Assembly (NCBI GenBank): GCA_021295715.1
Contig: JAGWBV010000005.1
Coordinates: forward strand, 2,534-66,533
Source of the DNA: Candidatus Poribacteria bacterium
GTDB lineage: Bacteria; Poribacteria; WGA-4E; WGA-3G
Direction of reading: 5' to 3'
DNA: 64,000 nucleotides
This document shows, in pieces, positions 46,742 through 56,198 of the stretch. The position numbers and the translations under genes are program-made. Under the pieces are notes generated by a model. That model was not told the origin of the DNA. It ran no database searches and saw only the letters and a program-made list of their open reading frames with translations. Within the stretch, counting starts at the first letter, position 1. Every line of letters starts with the position of its first letter.

Positions 46742-49700
46742 TTAGAAACCCATCATTGCTCGCACGAACGTCGTGTTACTCGTTGTGTGGTCAAGCAGGA
46801 TGGTGGTTCGTCGGTAACCCGCGAGGATAACGATGTTAAACCCAAGCCATTCACCACGGTTGATTGCTTGGACTTCAAATATCCGTGTTCGCAGGTCGGG
46901 TCGGAAAAGGACGGGTACATCCTCATCTTCCGGGAAGTTCGTCAAATATTGTTTGAAGTTATCATCCCGATTCGTGAATTTCCTATACTGGAAACCCCCA
47001 AGAATGTTCATTCTTTGCGTGAACTGATAATCAAGCCGGACGCCGAGAACATCTTCACGACTTCTACGGTTGAAGCGCAAGTATTCGATGGGTTCATCAT
47101 CAGTCGGAACAAACAGACGTGGGTTAAGAGCGTCCCCAATTTCCTCTGCGCCACGGTCGAAAGCGCGGTCCCAAATGTACTTCACCATCGGTGTAAGCGT
47201 CAAATCTTCACCGATTCTGTCGATGAAGGGCAGGTCACCGAGAGGGATCTCATATCTGGCTTTGAGAATCGTCTGCTGATTACGAATATCCCGTTCGGGA
47301 TAACGACGCTTCTTCCAGTTTTCAGCATCATAGATTAAGCCTGGATCCTCGGGATTCAGAGCGTTGATTCCATGGTCTGGATAGAATGGGAATTCTCGTT
47401 TGTCACCAGAGGCTCGGACCTGCTCAACGGGAACCATGAAGTCAACACGTTGGTCGGCATTGAGTGGGTCGCCATCTTCTCCTGATCCTTCAACATCCAA
47501 GAAGATCGCGCCTTCCTCGTCCTGCTCAAATTGTTTTTGAAGGACAACGAGGAATTTCGCTTCGAGGGTGAGGTTAGGAACAGCAGTGTAGAGGAACTGC
47601 AGCGTTGTCGTATTCACACGGGCGTTGTAGAAATCAAGCTCGTCGGAAATTTGGACGGGCTCCAATTCACCAACACGCAGTGTAATCGTGTAATCTGGAA
47701 TATCGTCTCGGACTCGGACGAAGCGGTTTTGGAAAAGAACAGTTCCGAAATCAGGGATGTCACGTTGATAGGTGACATGTAGATATTTGGAATCATTCTG
47801 CCGCCGGCTTGAAACTTCGTTTTCGTTGAGCCACCCAACTTTGAGTGAAAGGTTATCAAGGAGGTCATATTCAGCGAAGACATGGTATCCTTGCCTGTCT
47901 ACCCCGTATTCATATTGTGGTTCAAAATCATCCTCAAGGGAGTCGATGGTGCCGTTGTTGTTCAGATCGACGAGGTCGGTAAACACGGGTGGATCGGCAT
48001 CAAAGATGAGGAAGTCTTCTTGGAAGTCCAAAACACCGTTCTGGTCTCTATCATCAGCACGTGGTAGGACTCCGTCGAAGTCAATGTCATCGGGCCAATC
48101 GTCATCATCATCATCATCTTCAATGAGGGCGTAATTAACTTCATCCCACGGATCTCTTTCAGCCTGGGATTCGGGGGTTCGTTCGAGCGAGTAAGGCTGG
48201 TCTCTGTCGGTATTCGCACCGAAGTTGAAATAGGTTGTGGTGTACCCGGGATCAATATGGTAGTAGACACCTTCAAGGTACAACTTCCCAAAGCGGGATT
48301 TGAGTTGGACGAACCATGCGGTTTCTCTGCCCATTTCTCCGTCGCCACTTTCGTCGGTTCCGCCACCACCCAACCTGGCTTCAAACCGCTCACCTTCGGT
48401 CTCTGAATAGGTCGGCACACCGTTCCGATCTAAGGGCAATCCTGTTGCCGGATCGATGGAGATACCGGTTTCTTCCTCGCCATCTTCGCCTATAATCGTG
48501 GGGGTAAGTCTACTAAATCCGGTCTGATCTTTGGGGATCGTCGGATACTGCTTATATTTACCGTTGATGGAGTAGTGCGCACGAACGAAAACGTTGCCGA
48601 CAGTCCCTTCTAAGTCAAGACCGTAGAGGAGTGCCGCACGTGCCGCGCCGTAACGATAACGGATTTTACGAGGTTTGCCTTCACCTGTCCAGCTGTCTGG
48701 ATTATCAAAGCGTGCCTCGCGGTTCTGCGTGTAATCCGAGGATTGTCCATAGTTACCAGGTGCCTGAATAACATCGCGATATGGCATTTCAATGTGACCA
48801 TCTTCGGTTTTAATCCACTCTTCAACAAATGGATCTGCACCTTCAGCGGCCTTGTTAGCATCACTAAATCCGATAACGGCAATGTTATAATCACCAGCCA
48901 CGACCATGTCAAAAATGACCGATTGAACCGTTCGTGGATCGATGTCATGTTCCTCAAAAACGAGATCATACTTCATTTTATTGAAGCCATCCACAATTGC
49001 CCAATCTCCAGATTCACGAATATCAGACGGAAGTCCACCGACATCAATGGGAGTGACATCGCTGGAGAAGATGTCAATCTTTTGCGTTTGTGCGGGTTGC
49101 GCTTTAGGTTCAACACCTTCTTCAATTTCATCGGGTGTTAAGTCTTCCAACTCTTGCGTGATGACTGTCGCCGTCATTTTCTTAAAAGCCGCACCGACAC
49201 CACCTTGAATGTTACCGCCATGCTTGGCTTCGTCATAGCCGGAAAATAGGGTAACGGAACCGTGATTGTCTTCAGGCGAATCATCGCGGAAAACAACGCT
49301 AATTACCTCTGGCGGTGTATTCGCTACAGTACCCATAATCGGGTTTTCAACGCGTTCGGGGTGCTCTTTATGAAGGTTTACATAAGTAAACCCAACGCGG
49401 AAAATATCGCCCAATAGACCTTGGGCTCGGAAGCCCATGAGTCGTGCGTTTTCAATATGTCGAACGCCAGCATCTTCATTTAGACCATTTCGACGTCCAA
49501 GGGTAGGCGCGAGGTTCGCCGCTGCGTCTGTCAACTGAACGGGGTTTGAAATACGTGAGTTAATGAGTGTGAAAAGGTGTCGTTCCTGTGCAAAAGAAAT
49601 ATCCCAACGAAGCCCATCAAACTCTGTTTTGTAGAGGATATAGCGGTTCGGGAACAATGTAGAGGGCTTGAAACGCATACTATCGCCAATGGCGAACTCG

Positions 49701-50134
49701 GTATATCTACCTCGGAAACTGTCTTCTGTCAAGACGGTTCTATCCAGCTGCGCTGAGAATCTTTCGCTATCAAGCTGACCGGTCCGACCAACAATCAACA
49801 TGCCAGCTTGGTCAAACTCTTTCTCCTCAATATAGTTATAGACCTCGTTACCCTCAAGCAGCTCTTTTCCAAACAGGTCATAGAAGAACTGTGGTTCTTC
49901 TTCCAATTGGAACCGTGCCGAAAATTTAGAACTCCCCTCAATTGTTGGCAATAGGGGCTCTTGTGGACCAAGGCTCTGTGCACCACAACCGTAAAGCACA
50001 AAAGCACTCAGGATACAGGTCGCTACAAGTAAAACATTTTTTCCTCCTTGGAAATAATGAATCGGATATTTGGGCGACGGAGCGGCGATATAGGTTTTTT
50101 TACCTTTCGCTGTCCCTACCTCGGTTTCCGACAA
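46742..50134 (-). CDS. 1130-aa predicted outer-membrane lipoprotein / beta-barrel of unknown family with an Asp-rich calcium-binding-like segment
   Basis: Lipobox LYGC. The C-terminus VRAMMGF ends in Phe, an OMP signature. EDDDDDDDWPDDIDFDGV...DDRDQNGVLDF...DLNNNGTIDSLEDD. The start codon (TTG 50134) is uncertain. Confidence 0.5.
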   Translation of the reverse strand: MSETEVGTAKGKKTYIAAPSPKYPIHYFQGGKNVLLVATCILSAFVLYGCGAQSLGPQEPLLPTIEGSSKFSARFQLEEEPQFFYDLFGKELLEGNEVYNYIEEKEFDQAGMLIVGRTGQLDSERFSAQLDRTVLTEDSFRGRYTEFAIGDSMRFKPSTLFPNRYILYKTEFDGLRWDISFAQERHLFTLINSRISNPVQLTDAAANLAPTLGRRNGLNEDAGVRHIENARLMGFRAQGLLGDIFRVGFTYVNLHKEHPERVENPIMGTVANTPPEVISVVFRDDSPEDNHGSVTLFSGYDEAKHGGNIQGGVGAAFKKMTATVITQELEDLTPDEIEEGVEPKAQPAQTQKIDIFSSDVTPIDVGGLPSDIRESGDWAIVDGFNKMKYDLVFEEHDIDPRTVQSVIFDMVVAGDYNIAVIGFSDANKAAEGADPFVEEWIKTEDGHIEMPYRDVIQAPGNYGQSSDYTQNREARFDNPDSWTGEGKPRKIRYRYGAARAALLYGLDLEGTVGNVFVRAHYSINGKYKQYPTIPKDQTGFSRLTPTIIGEDGEEETGISIDPATGLPLDRNGVPTYSETEGERFEARLGGGGTDESGDGEMGRETAWFVQLKSRFGKLYLEGVYYHIDPGYTTTYFNFGANTDRDQPYSLERTPESQAERDPWDEVNYALIEDDDDDDDWPDDIDFDGVLPRADDRDQNGVLDFQEDFLIFDADPPVFTDLVDLNNNGTIDSLEDDFEPQYEYGVDRQGYHVFAEYDLLDNLSLKVGWLNENEVSSRRQNDSKYLHVTYQRDIPDFGTVLFQNRFVRVRDDIPDYTITLRVGELEPVQISDELDFYNARVNTTTLQFLYTAVPNLTLEAKFLVVLQKQFEQDEEGAIFLDVEGSGEDGDPLNADQRVDFMVPVEQVRASGDKREFPFYPDHGINALNPEDPGLIYDAENWKKRRYPERDIRNQQTILKARYEIPLGDLPFIDRIGEDLTLTPMVKYIWDRAFDRGAEEIGDALNPRLFVPTDDEPIEYLRFNRRSREDVLGVRLDYQFTQRMNILGGFQYRKFTNRDDNFKQYLTNFPEDEDVPVLFRPDLRTRIFEVQAINRGEWLGFNIVILAGYRRTTILLDHTTSNTTFVRAMMGF

Positions 50135-50896
50135 AAAACCTTAAAAATGGATGAAAACTGCTTTATTTACAATGTAAACGAAAAGCCCCAAAATCTCGTT
50201 AATGAAACCAACATCACTTCAATTTCGTTGTTTTCCGGTACTGCCGGGCAGGTGTCCAAAAGCTGTGAACACCGAGCGAAGCATGTAAAAAGCAAATCTC
50301 CTCCAACAGATTAAGGGTTTGTTTTGCGGGAATTCCTAATAAACAGCTAATAAAACACCCACAAAACTGTTCTTAGCATTTTAAAATAGCACTGATTCAA
50401 ATTTCTGTCAAGTTTTTAACAGAAAAAACGCATGCGTTGGGGTAGTAATTTCACATAATCATACCACAAACATCATATTTTTCAAGTTTAATTACATCAG
50501 CACCATCTTATTTTCGATTTTTCGCCCATTTTAAGGACGAGTCGCGGTCTACAATCGCTCCTACGTTCCCCCAGTAATTATCCCACGGAATACTGTGCGG
50601 GATAGGGGTATCCTTAATATGAGGATCATTTTGACAACTACTGTCTTCTCAAGACTCCGGAAGACAGTAGCGAACGGATAATAAGTTGTGTTGGCCTAGG
50701 ACCTGAGTAAAATATTGGTAAGCCCTGGTATTATAAATTTGTAAGTATCCTCACAATGGCAGCAAACAAGTCATACAGCACTGCACATTAGGCGTACTAT
50801 AATTATACTACATTTTAAGAAAAATTGACATTTTTTTTTCTCACTGATGTCAAACAAGGTTCCTGAGCTCGAAAATTGGACTCTAAAAATTTTAAA

Positions 50897-52321
50897 TTAA
50901 GGCGTTGCGTCTTTTAGACGTTCAGGGCTTTTATTGAAATATTCGATAAACAAGGCAATTGTAACACCCAAGGACAAACCGGTGATCCCTGCGATGACCA
51001 AGATAAACCTCAGTTGAGGACTAACGGGAATTTTTCTCGGGACCGCGCGGTCGATGATTTCAATACCGCCTATCTGGTTGCGAGCAGTATTTAACTTGGA
51101 TTCAGCATATAATATTTCAGTTTCAAGTGCCCGTTTCGCAATTTCTTCAACAAGTGCATTAGTTTTTTGAATCTTAGCCCCCATCTGTGTAAGAATTATC
51201 TGATTTTCTGGAATCTGTTCCAGCATTTGCGTTAATTCCGTTTCCAACGTGCGCAGCTCCTGCTTTAGGTGCTCAGCAGCGTTTTCATAACGCGAGACAC
51301 TCGGAACAAGGGTCAGCAACTGATTCTTTATATAGGTATGGTGGGCAGAGGTGCCGGAAGTAACGGTAGTAGCTGTAGGAGAGGTTTGAGCGTTTTTTTT
51401 GCGGATTTCGGCAATTTGTGCGTCGAGACCCTTCAATTCTGAGGCAGTCTGACCTACCTTTTCCGCGTCCGCTACGCGCTGCGATTCAAGGTTGAAGAGT
51501 TTCTCTTGCTGAAAAAGCCAAACGGGATCGTAGGATGTAGTCTCTGATATCTTCGTCTGCTCTGGTAAGAGTTTTAGTTGCTCCTGTAAGTATGAAATGT
51601 GGACACGCGTCGCATGGAGCTGCTGCTGGTTCGTTTCGAGTCTTTCCCGGATATTGGCATGACGTTCAAGCAGATTGGTAAGCGTTGGAATCCATGTTTC
51701 TGGACTGCCATTCTGGCGAGCAAATAAGAGGAGCGCATCTAAATCTGTCTGTATTTCGATTTGAATTTCTCGTCGTTTATTTTCGAGAAATTCCATCCGC
51801 CTTTTGAGTTTTATCTCTTCATCTCCATACCTCAATGTTTTCATAACCTCTACGAGCTGGTTAACAAGAAGAGCCGCATTGCGTTCTCCACCCTCCGCTT
51901 CGGTCAAAGCAATTGAAAGATTGATATAGTCGGAGTCCGGGTTCAGCTGAGCCTTCAGCATTCGTTTGAGTTTACCAGCCGGTGGAAGGAGAGAAACCGC
52001 CTCAACGTTGCCACTCTCTTCGAGGTTTTCGATTGCCATTTTTAGCATTGATTCCGTGGAAAATCGAGCACTGATTGTCTCCATTTCCCGTCGGTCAACA
52101 CCACCAGAGAGGACGCTTTGAAACAGATTTGTTGAAGGCAAAGCGGACGTTGTATTCGGTTGGACAAATAGCATTAAAGTGGAGGCAGCGTACGTTTTAG
52201 GCAAGCGGAGTGAAACAACCAAGGCGGTTCCTAATACCAACAAGATACTCAGGCAAAGTGTAAAATCATGCTTTCGGATGAGTTGAAGATAATCTCGGAG
52301 ATGTTCCTCCTGCTGCGGCAT
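50897..52321 (-). CDS. Wzz/GumC-like polysaccharide co-polymerase (no kinase domain)
   Basis: DYLQLIRKH..., TM, YAASTLMLFV, a long coiled-coil periplasmic region, and a C-terminal TM. ATG 52321 chosen. Confidence 0.65.
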   Translation of the reverse strand: MPQQEEHLRDYLQLIRKHDFTLCLSILLVLGTALVVSLRLPKTYAASTLMLFVQPNTTSALPSTNLFQSVLSGGVDRREMETISARFSTESMLKMAIENLEESGNVEAVSLLPPAGKLKRMLKAQLNPDSDYINLSIALTEAEGGERNAALLVNQLVEVMKTLRYGDEEIKLKRRMEFLENKRREIQIEIQTDLDALLLFARQNGSPETWIPTLTNLLERHANIRERLETNQQQLHATRVHISYLQEQLKLLPEQTKISETTSYDPVWLFQQEKLFNLESQRVADAEKVGQTASELKGLDAQIAEIRKKNAQTSPTATTVTSGTSAHHTYIKNQLLTLVPSVSRYENAAEHLKQELRTLETELTQMLEQIPENQIILTQMGAKIQKTNALVEEIAKRALETEILYAESKLNTARNQIGGIEIIDRAVPRKIPVSPQLRFILVIAGITGLSLGVTIALFIEYFNKSPERLKDATP

Positions 52322-52380
52322 GAACGTGCGGTATTCCCGCCCAATGCTTGGACTGGAAATTGCCCCTCCCTTTCTCAAAC

Positions 52381-52909
52381 CTATAGATTGTTGGCGATAC
52401 GAATTTCTTCTTCGTTAAAAGCTTCGTCATGCCATTCAACTATACGCCATTCGTCGTTTCTTTTTTCGAAGATAAAAAGGTTATCACCTTCAGCGTATAC
52501 ACCACTAAATCCACCCTCAAGTGAATGTCCATCGGACTTCCGCCTGATTTCCATCTTCGTTCATCGTAATTTCTGGTGGGACAGAGAGTTCTATCTCAAT
52601 ATCCTGAAACTTCTCAAAGACGCGAGTGGCAGCGTCTCGTTCCTGTCGAATGTCATCAAACTCTAAATCGTCTGTTTTATCTCCGTCTGTTCCCATATCA
52701 GAGACATAGAGGAAACCATCTTCCCAAAAGGTGGTGATATAAGAGTTGACGTCTTCGGTTTCATAACCTTGCCGCCACTGATCTAAGACTTTATTGATTT
52801 GAAGGAGTTCTTCAGGCGGCACCTGACCGACTTTGTCAGCGTCCCCACACCCCATAAAACCTATGAGTAAGATGAGTACGCCGGTGACTTTTACCAAAGT
52901 CCTGAACAT
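52381..52909 (-). pseudogene. NTF2-like (SnoaL/DUF4440-like) lipoprotein gene interrupted by a 1-nt frameshift near 52520
   Basis: Lipobox LIGFMGC. The frame stops at TGA (plus 52517-52519). The shifted frame continues as LEGGFSGVYAEGDNLFIFEKRNDEWRIVEWHDEAF...* to 52381, which is the expected C-terminal strands of the fold. Confidence 0.6.
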
Positions 52910-52927
52910 AGTAAGTACCCTCCTTAT

Positions 52928-53491
52928 TTAAAAGGTTTTAACAATACCTAAATACAGACGTGATGGGGTTGCCCCGACCTCAATCCCCAATTTTTCAATA
53001 TCCTGTGCATCCTGCTCAATGGATTTAATTAATGTCGTCGCATTGTAAAAATTGGCACCGACGTAGGAATCGATAAGACTGTAAACCCAGATACCGATAC
53101 CCGTATACATAAAAAACGTCCTAAGCTTAAAACGTTGATTCGCGAATTCGTACCTCTCGAACACGCCTTGATCGTCATTAGGAAACAAACTGGCGTACTC
53201 GGCGTAGGCATCATAACGACTCCTAAAAGATTGCTGTGCCAGCAAAGCACCGACAACAGAACCACTTATTCCCAGAACAGTGAGACTACCACGGATATAG
53301 CCACGGCTATAAAATTGTCCCCATCCGGGGAAAATGGCAGAGCGCACTATCGCTCCAATCGGAGAAACGAGCTTTTCCTCTTCCACCACTTCAGGTGATT
53401 GCTGTTCGGTATCTGTACCGTTTTCAGCCTCCTGCGCAAAACTGGCGTGGAGGCTCAAGAACAGTAGTGATGTAATTAGCAAAAATCGCAT
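52928..53491 (-). CDS. Signal-peptide membrane protein, DUF5683-like
   Basis: SAIFPGWGQFYSRGYIRG resembles the DUF5683 motif (from memory). Two TM segments. Confidence 0.35.
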   Translation of the reverse strand: MRFLLITSLLFLSLHASFAQEAENGTDTEQQSPEVVEEEKLVSPIGAIVRSAIFPGWGQFYSRGYIRGSLTVLGISGSVVGALLAQQSFRSRYDAYAEYASLFPNDDQGVFERYEFANQRFKLRTFFMYTGIGIWVYSLIDSYVGANFYNATTLIKSIEQDAQDIEKLGIEVGATPSRLYLGIVKTF

Positions 53492-53556
53492 CTGAATATG
53501 AAGGCTTTACGCACCTAAAAAGCTGCGCAAAGCCTGTGTTACCTCTAATAAACGAA

Positions 53557-55170
53557 TTAACGTCTCCGTTTTGTCCGTTCCGTTGTCCGACTCCGATTAT
53601 CATCGTCATCACTTTTACTGCTGGAACTACTACGCGATGAACTCGAACTTGATGTTGTCGGGCGCGTCCGAGACTTTGTAGAAGAAGAGGAACGGTTTAT
53701 GCTTGAACGTGAGCGCGTTGAACTCGAACTTGATGTTGAACTCGAACGACTTATACGAGACCTCTCCGTTGAGCGGCTTATACTTGAACGTGAACGCGTC
53801 GAATTTGAACTTGATGTTGAACTCCTATACCTTGAACCCGAATCATTACTGCTACCTGACGAAAACGACCGGTTTGAAGAAGGCGCCGAACGTCTATAAA
53901 GTGGTGTAGTCCGTTGTCTTTCTACGGTACTTCTATAACTGTTCACGCTCTGTGCTGTTCCATTCGGGTAACGTCGCTGCTTGCTAAGTGCGTTTCCAGA
54001 ATATGTGCTTCTTCTTACACTATTCCGCTGGAGGCTTGATGCAGAAGCAAGCGAGCGCTGTTTCTCCATAATAATTGACTGGCGCGCAATTCGTTCTGTT
54101 GTCGCTGGGGTCTGTCTTCGGTGGTTTTCAAGCGTGGTGCGGATGTTTCTCCTAACTGTTGTCCGGTCGGCTTGACGACTGTTCGCAGTCAATCGGCTGC
54201 GGCTGTACTGCCGACGCGCTGTTTCATGCTGAGTACTCCACCGATTCAAACGCGTTCGCCGCTGATAGACCTTCGGTGTGCCACGATAGTGACCTTGGTA
54301 AGAACCGTAATACGGCGAATAACCGCGGTAGTAGGCACCTGAATAATACCTACGGTAACGTCCGAGATACCCACCATAATACGAACGGATTGAGAGATAG
54401 TGGTGATCGTAGATTGGATAACTCCATCGGAGGTAGTAGTCGTAGTCCGTCGCGTAATAGATGGGACCATCGTAAAAATAAAGGTAGGTGTAATTATGCC
54501 ACGGACGCCAACGGTAAGTTGGTGTATACCGCTGAATTACTTTAACCTTCGGTTGTCTCCGATATGTAGATACCTCAAGATGTTCTACGTCAATCTGTTC
54601 GCCGCCCTCTGCGACGATATGGAGTTCCATCCATCCATTTTTGACATGACCGACTGCGGGGATCTTAATGAGTTCAGAACGATTTTTTGCTCGCAGCACG
54701 AAGGTGTCCCCGTAGCGTGTCTCTTTAGCATTTTCGTCATGGTAGCCACGACGTGTCGCCTCGCGTTGGGTATTACGAATCCAAACGCGTCCCGCGATGG
54801 GTTCTTCGTAGTCTTCAATCTCCAGGTGATGGGGTTCCCCTCGATACCTCACCAAAACTTCGATGGACTGTGTCCCTGTTGGAATTTCAAAGAGATATAC
54901 CGCGCTGGCAATCGCAAATTCGTAGTTATTTGCGTTCTCGGCAGTATTCGCCCAAGCGGTAAGCCGAACGCCATCTTCAAAGCGCGGACTGGCGGTAATT
55001 GTCGCATTCCCACGTTCTATCCATTCATCGACATCATTGGCAACGCGATGTTCTCGACTCAATCGATCCGCGTAATAATCGTAATCCGCAGCGGCAGGCA
55101 TTAGCAACCCAGCAATTGCAAAACAACTGATGAGGCATACTGCACTTAAAATAGAAATCTGGGTCTTCAT
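53557..55170 (-). CDS. Secreted or membrane-anchored protein with a structured N-domain, a Tyr/Arg-rich middle and a Ser/Arg-rich basic tail
   Basis: ATG 55170 lies 7 nt after AGGAGGAGG. Signal/TM is MKTQISILSAVCLISCFAIAG. YYGGYLGRYRRYYSGAYYRGYSPYYGSYQGHYRG, and a tail of S/R/T repeats ending RTKRRR. Confidence 0.6.
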   Translation of the reverse strand: MKTQISILSAVCLISCFAIAGLLMPAAADYDYYADRLSREHRVANDVDEWIERGNATITASPRFEDGVRLTAWANTAENANNYEFAIASAVYLFEIPTGTQSIEVLVRYRGEPHHLEIEDYEEPIAGRVWIRNTQREATRRGYHDENAKETRYGDTFVLRAKNRSELIKIPAVGHVKNGWMELHIVAEGGEQIDVEHLEVSTYRRQPKVKVIQRYTPTYRWRPWHNYTYLYFYDGPIYYATDYDYYLRWSYPIYDHHYLSIRSYYGGYLGRYRRYYSGAYYRGYSPYYGSYQGHYRGTPKVYQRRTRLNRWSTQHETARRQYSRSRLTANSRQADRTTVRRNIRTTLENHRRQTPATTERIARQSIIMEKQRSLASASSLQRNSVRRSTYSGNALSKQRRYPNGTAQSVNSYRSTVERQRTTPLYRRSAPSSNRSFSSGSSNDSGSRYRSSTSSSNSTRSRSSISRSTERSRISRSSSTSSSSSTRSRSSINRSSSSTKSRTRPTTSSSSSSRSSSSSKSDDDDNRSRTTERTKRRR

Positions 55171-55419
55171 GAGAATCCTCCTCCTATGTTCATGTCCTTC
55201 ATTTGGTATTGTCAATAGGCTTCTACCTACAGAGTGCGGTGACGCGTGAGTATCTAAAGTTAAACCTTTTTAATCAAAGTGCGATAAAAATGATACAATT
55301 TTCCTTAAGAATTGTCAAGAGTTAATCAACGTCATTCAATGGTTCAGGCACCCTAATCACGATTCACCCTTTAAGAACGAACGAGCATATTGCGAAAACG
55401 AAATGGTTTTCCCAATTCT

Positions 55420-56166
55420 TCAGTTTTTAGGTATCAGTTCAATACCTCTTTTTTTCGCGTGCTCACGGGCGAGTGGCGTGATAATCACTGGGTTTGAATG
55501 CACTAATTCTCGCACATTCGCATCCAGGTTTGAAATAGTCGTTGCACTAATTAAAGTTTTTTCCACAACAGCGCGCGAACGACTCTCTCTCTCTACGACC
55601 GACTCGGCAATTTGGGTCATTGGTACCAAGTGAACGCCGAGTTCAGACAAAGCGTTTACATAATCGTTTTCAAGTTTGCTAAAAATAGGACCCATTTTTA
55701 CGGAAACTTCATTCTGATTAAGTGCGTCAGAGGCTGCTGTAACCTTCTTCCCCTTAGAGAGTGCTTTGAAGACCAGATAGGTACACGGCGTGTCCACCAA
55801 CCTTAACGCGATCTTCGCAGCCATCGGATATGAGAAGACAGGGAGCACAATTTGCTGATACGTTTCAACAAAAGTTGTTATATCGCTGAGAGCATTCTCC
55901 TGCAAAATATTATCTTCGCCAAATGCAACATGAATCAGTTCGAGGTTTACGACTTTCGTTGCGAGATCGGACAGAATTATTGTAATTTCCCATCCGTTTT
56001 GTCTGCAAGTCTGAAGTTGCTGGATGGGTTCATCCAACGCAAGTTGTGTTGCATCAAAAATAGCGAGGAGTCGTTTTTCGTGTGTAGTTTGCGTGGAGAC
56101 TGATGTTTGCTCTTGCAGCACCTTCTCCACAATTCTCCGAATCTGGTCAATCAGCTCCTGATTCAT
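55420..56166 (-). CDS. Hypothetical BMC-associated protein with an encapsulation-peptide-like N-terminal helix
   Basis: MNQELIDQIRRIVEKVLQEQ amphipathic helix followed by a linker. The C-terminal IITPLAREHAKKRGIEL resembles the LTP motif seen in cobalamin-adenosyltransferase N-terminal / BMC accessory proteins (from memory). Confidence 0.4.
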   Translation of the reverse strand: MNQELIDQIRRIVEKVLQEQTSVSTQTTHEKRLLAIFDATQLALDEPIQQLQTCRQNGWEITIILSDLATKVVNLELIHVAFGEDNILQENALSDITTFVETYQQIVLPVFSYPMAAKIALRLVDTPCTYLVFKALSKGKKVTAASDALNQNEVSVKMGPIFSKLENDYVNALSELGVHLVPMTQIAESVVERESRSRAVVEKTLISATTISNLDANVRELVHSNPVIITPLAREHAKKRGIELIPKN

Positions 56167-56198
56167 ACTGCCTCAAAGTATTAGGAAACGTATACGTC

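Noticed and set aside
50048-50314. 88-aa plus-strand ORF at the 5' end of the OM-protein gene.
   Set aside because: It overlaps the start of the minus-strand gene, has no SD and has no recognisable motifs. It lies in an AT-rich promoter region.
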